A stretch of 17,395 bases of DNA from Bugula neritina. Taxonomy: Eukaryota > Animalia > Bryozoa. The position numbers and the translations under genes were made by a program. The DNA lies in assembly GCA_964035545.1 (NCBI GenBank), contig CAXIUT010000008.1:1-17395 (forward strand), given 5' to 3'. Numbering within the stretch: the first letter of the stretch is position 1; each line of letters begins with the position of its first letter. Below the pieces are notes generated by a model that had not been told where the DNA came from, made no database searches, and saw only the letters and a program-made list of their open reading frames with translations. Of this stretch, positions 15,661-17,395 are shown one piece after another.

Positions 15661-17054
15661 ACGCCCCACAGGACAAAGCAAGCGCTAAACCTCCGGCTGA
15701 ACCGATCAAGCTGTACGCATCCAGCGATAAGATTTATCCGCGTGAGGCCAAAGGCTATTTCCAGAATCTGCGCCGCACCGCTTTGCTTGTGTTGCTGGGG
15801 CTGTATTACGGCCTGCCGTGGCTCAACTGGGGCGAGCGTCAGGCCATTCTGTTTGATTTACCGGCACGGAAATTTCATATCTTCGGCATAACCTTATGGC
15901 CGCAGGATTTCTTCTTTCTCACCCTGTTGCTGATTATGGCGGGCTTATCGCTGTTCTTCTTTACCGCGCTGGCCGGGCGGGTGTGGTGTGGTTTTGCCTG
16001 CCCACAAACCGTGTGGACGGATGCTTTCATCTGGATGGAACGCTTGGTTGAAGGCAATCGTAACGCCCAGATCAAACTGAGCAAGATGCCATGGAATGCT
16101 GAGAAAATTCGTAAGCGCGTCTTGAAACAGCTGCTATGGATGAGCTTCGCCCTCTGGACAGGTTTTACTTTTGTGGGTTACTTCAACCCGGTGGAAGAAC
16201 TGGCTTATGCACTCTGGACATTTACTGCCTCATTCTGGCAATGGTTCTGGGTTTTATTCTATGGTTTTGCCACCTACGGTAACGCCGGACTCATGCGCGA
16301 ACAGGTCTGTAAATACATGTGTCCCTACGCTCGTTTCCAAAGCGCCATGTTCGACAAAGACACGCTGGTTATTACTTATGATGAGCAACGCGGCGAACCC
16401 CGCATGCGCGGCGCGAAACGTAAAAAAGACCCGACGGCGGGCGGCGACTGTATTGACTGTGGCCTATGCGTTCAGGTCTGCCCCACCGGTATCGACATCC
16501 GCGATGGCCTGCAATATGAGTGTATCGCCTGTGCGGCCTGTGTTGATGTTTGTAATGAAGTCATGACCCAGGTCAAGCGGCCACCGAATTTAATTCAGTA
16601 CACTACAGAAGCGAGTTTAGCAGGCAATAAAACCCGTATCCTGCGCCCCCGCATCATTATTTACGCTGTGTTGCTGGGCTTATTGTTTAGCGGCTTTGTG
16701 ACCGCGCTGGCGCTGCGTAGCTCGGTGCAGTTTGATGTATTGCGCGACCGTAATGCGCTGTATCAGGTGGTTGGCGCTGACCAAATCAGCAACAGTTACA
16801 CGCTGAAAGTAATGAACAAAGGCCATATTGACCAGCGTTATCAGATTGAGGTGGAAGGTTTAGCGGGGGCGAAGATTGAGATTGCGAATGAGCGTGTTAT
16901 TAGCGCCGGTGAGATTGCCAATGTGGCGGTGCGGGTGACTGCGCCTAACGCGGCCTTAGTCAGCAAAAATCAGACGATTTATTTGCGGCTGACTGAGCGG
17001 GTCGGGGATGCGCCGGATACGGTGCGGGAGAAGACGCGGTTTTTTGGGCCGTAA
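15657..17054 (+). CDS. ccoG: Cytochrome c oxidase accessory 4Fe-4S membrane protein CcoG/FixG
   Basis: GRVWCGFACPQTVW, REQVCKYMCPYARFQS, CIDCGLCVQVCPTGIDIR and CIACAACVDVC. Confidence 0.97.
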   Translation: MNAPQDKASAKPPAEPIKLYASSDKIYPREAKGYFQNLRRTALLVLLGLYYGLPWLNWGERQAILFDLPARKFHIFGITLWPQDFFFLTLLLIMAGLSLFFFTALAGRVWCGFACPQTVWTDAFIWMERLVEGNRNAQIKLSKMPWNAEKIRKRVLKQLLWMSFALWTGFTFVGYFNPVEELAYALWTFTASFWQWFWVLFYGFATYGNAGLMREQVCKYMCPYARFQSAMFDKDTLVITYDEQRGEPRMRGAKRKKDPTAGGDCIDCGLCVQVCPTGIDIRDGLQYECIACAACVDVCNEVMTQVKRPPNLIQYTTEASLAGNKTRILRPRIIIYAVLLGLLFSGFVTALALRSSVQFDVLRDRNALYQVVGADQISNSYTLKVMNKGHIDQRYQIEVEGLAGAKIEIANERVISAGEIANVAVRVTAPNAALVSKNQTIYLRLTERVGDAPDTVREKTRFFGP

Positions 17055-17059
17055 AAGAT

Positions 17060-17252
17060 CACCCTCACCCCCAACCCCTCTCCCTGAGGGAAAGGGGAGT
17101 TTAGGCTTGGTCTATTTCAGGTTGCCGACTAAAACGGCTAATTTTCTGAATATTACTAAAAGCCTCCCAAGCGGGAAGACGAAGAGAATTTTAGATAAGC
17201 ACCCCGCTTAGGCTCCCCTCGCCCTAAGGGAGAGGGGCTGGGGGTGAGGGTG
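17060..17252. repeat. Inverted doublet of 40-bp REP-like elements (17060-17099 and 17213-17252) with a 113-bp spacer
   Basis: caccctcacccccaacccctctccctgagggaaaggggag versus the reverse complement of the second copy, caccctcacccccagcccctctcccttagggcgaggggag: 36/40 identical. Confidence 0.9.
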
Positions 17253-17296
17253 CTGAGGCACACCAGAACATTAATACTATTAGAGCGTAAACACTA

Positions 17297-17395
17297 ATGA
17301 ACAACACCACAGAAACAACCCAGCCCTGGTACCGCTACGGCATCGTCTGGCTGGTCATCATCCTACCCATGATCGCCGTTACCGCCAGTATCACC
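17297..17395 (+). CDS. ccoH: CcoH/FixH family protein, 5' fragment
   Basis: ATG at 17297 gives MNNTTETTQPWYRYGIVWLVIILPMIAVTASIT. PWY followed by a TM helix is typical of the FixH N-terminus, and the gene follows ccoG. Confidence 0.8.
   Translation, partial: MNNTTETTQPWYRYGIVWLVIILPMIAVTASIT

Overview
Bacterial window, probably gammaproteobacterial. The core is a microaerobic respiration locus: hemN on the minus strand, and ccoN-O-Q-P-orf-G plus the start of ccoH on the plus strand, each behind a class II FNR-type promoter. Two TIR/STAND NTPase modules are interleaved with it. (1) Left end: a 494-aa protein with one canonical and two degenerate TIR-like folds abuts an nSTAND1-type NTPase gene with a transmembrane helix. 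That gene starts at 1786, runs off the window and is missing from the ORF track. (2) Between hemN and ccoN: a 6.8-kb insert encoding a TIR-nSTAND1-TM-WD40 protein with a mosaic, AT-rich sensor region, a Cys-rich secreted protein and an orphan processive GT2. The insert is bracketed by a 42-bp imperfect direct repeat that is the FNR promoter itself, which suggests one ancestral bidirectional hemN/ccoN promoter was duplicated. A third FNR box downstream of hemN is correctly spaced to a -10 element and followed by a ~94-nt ATG-free, hairpin-forming, terminated unit, a candidate anaerobic sRNA. REP-like palindromes lie in frame inside ccoQ and as an inverted doublet between ccoG and ccoH. All calls come from manual motif reading; no database searches were run.
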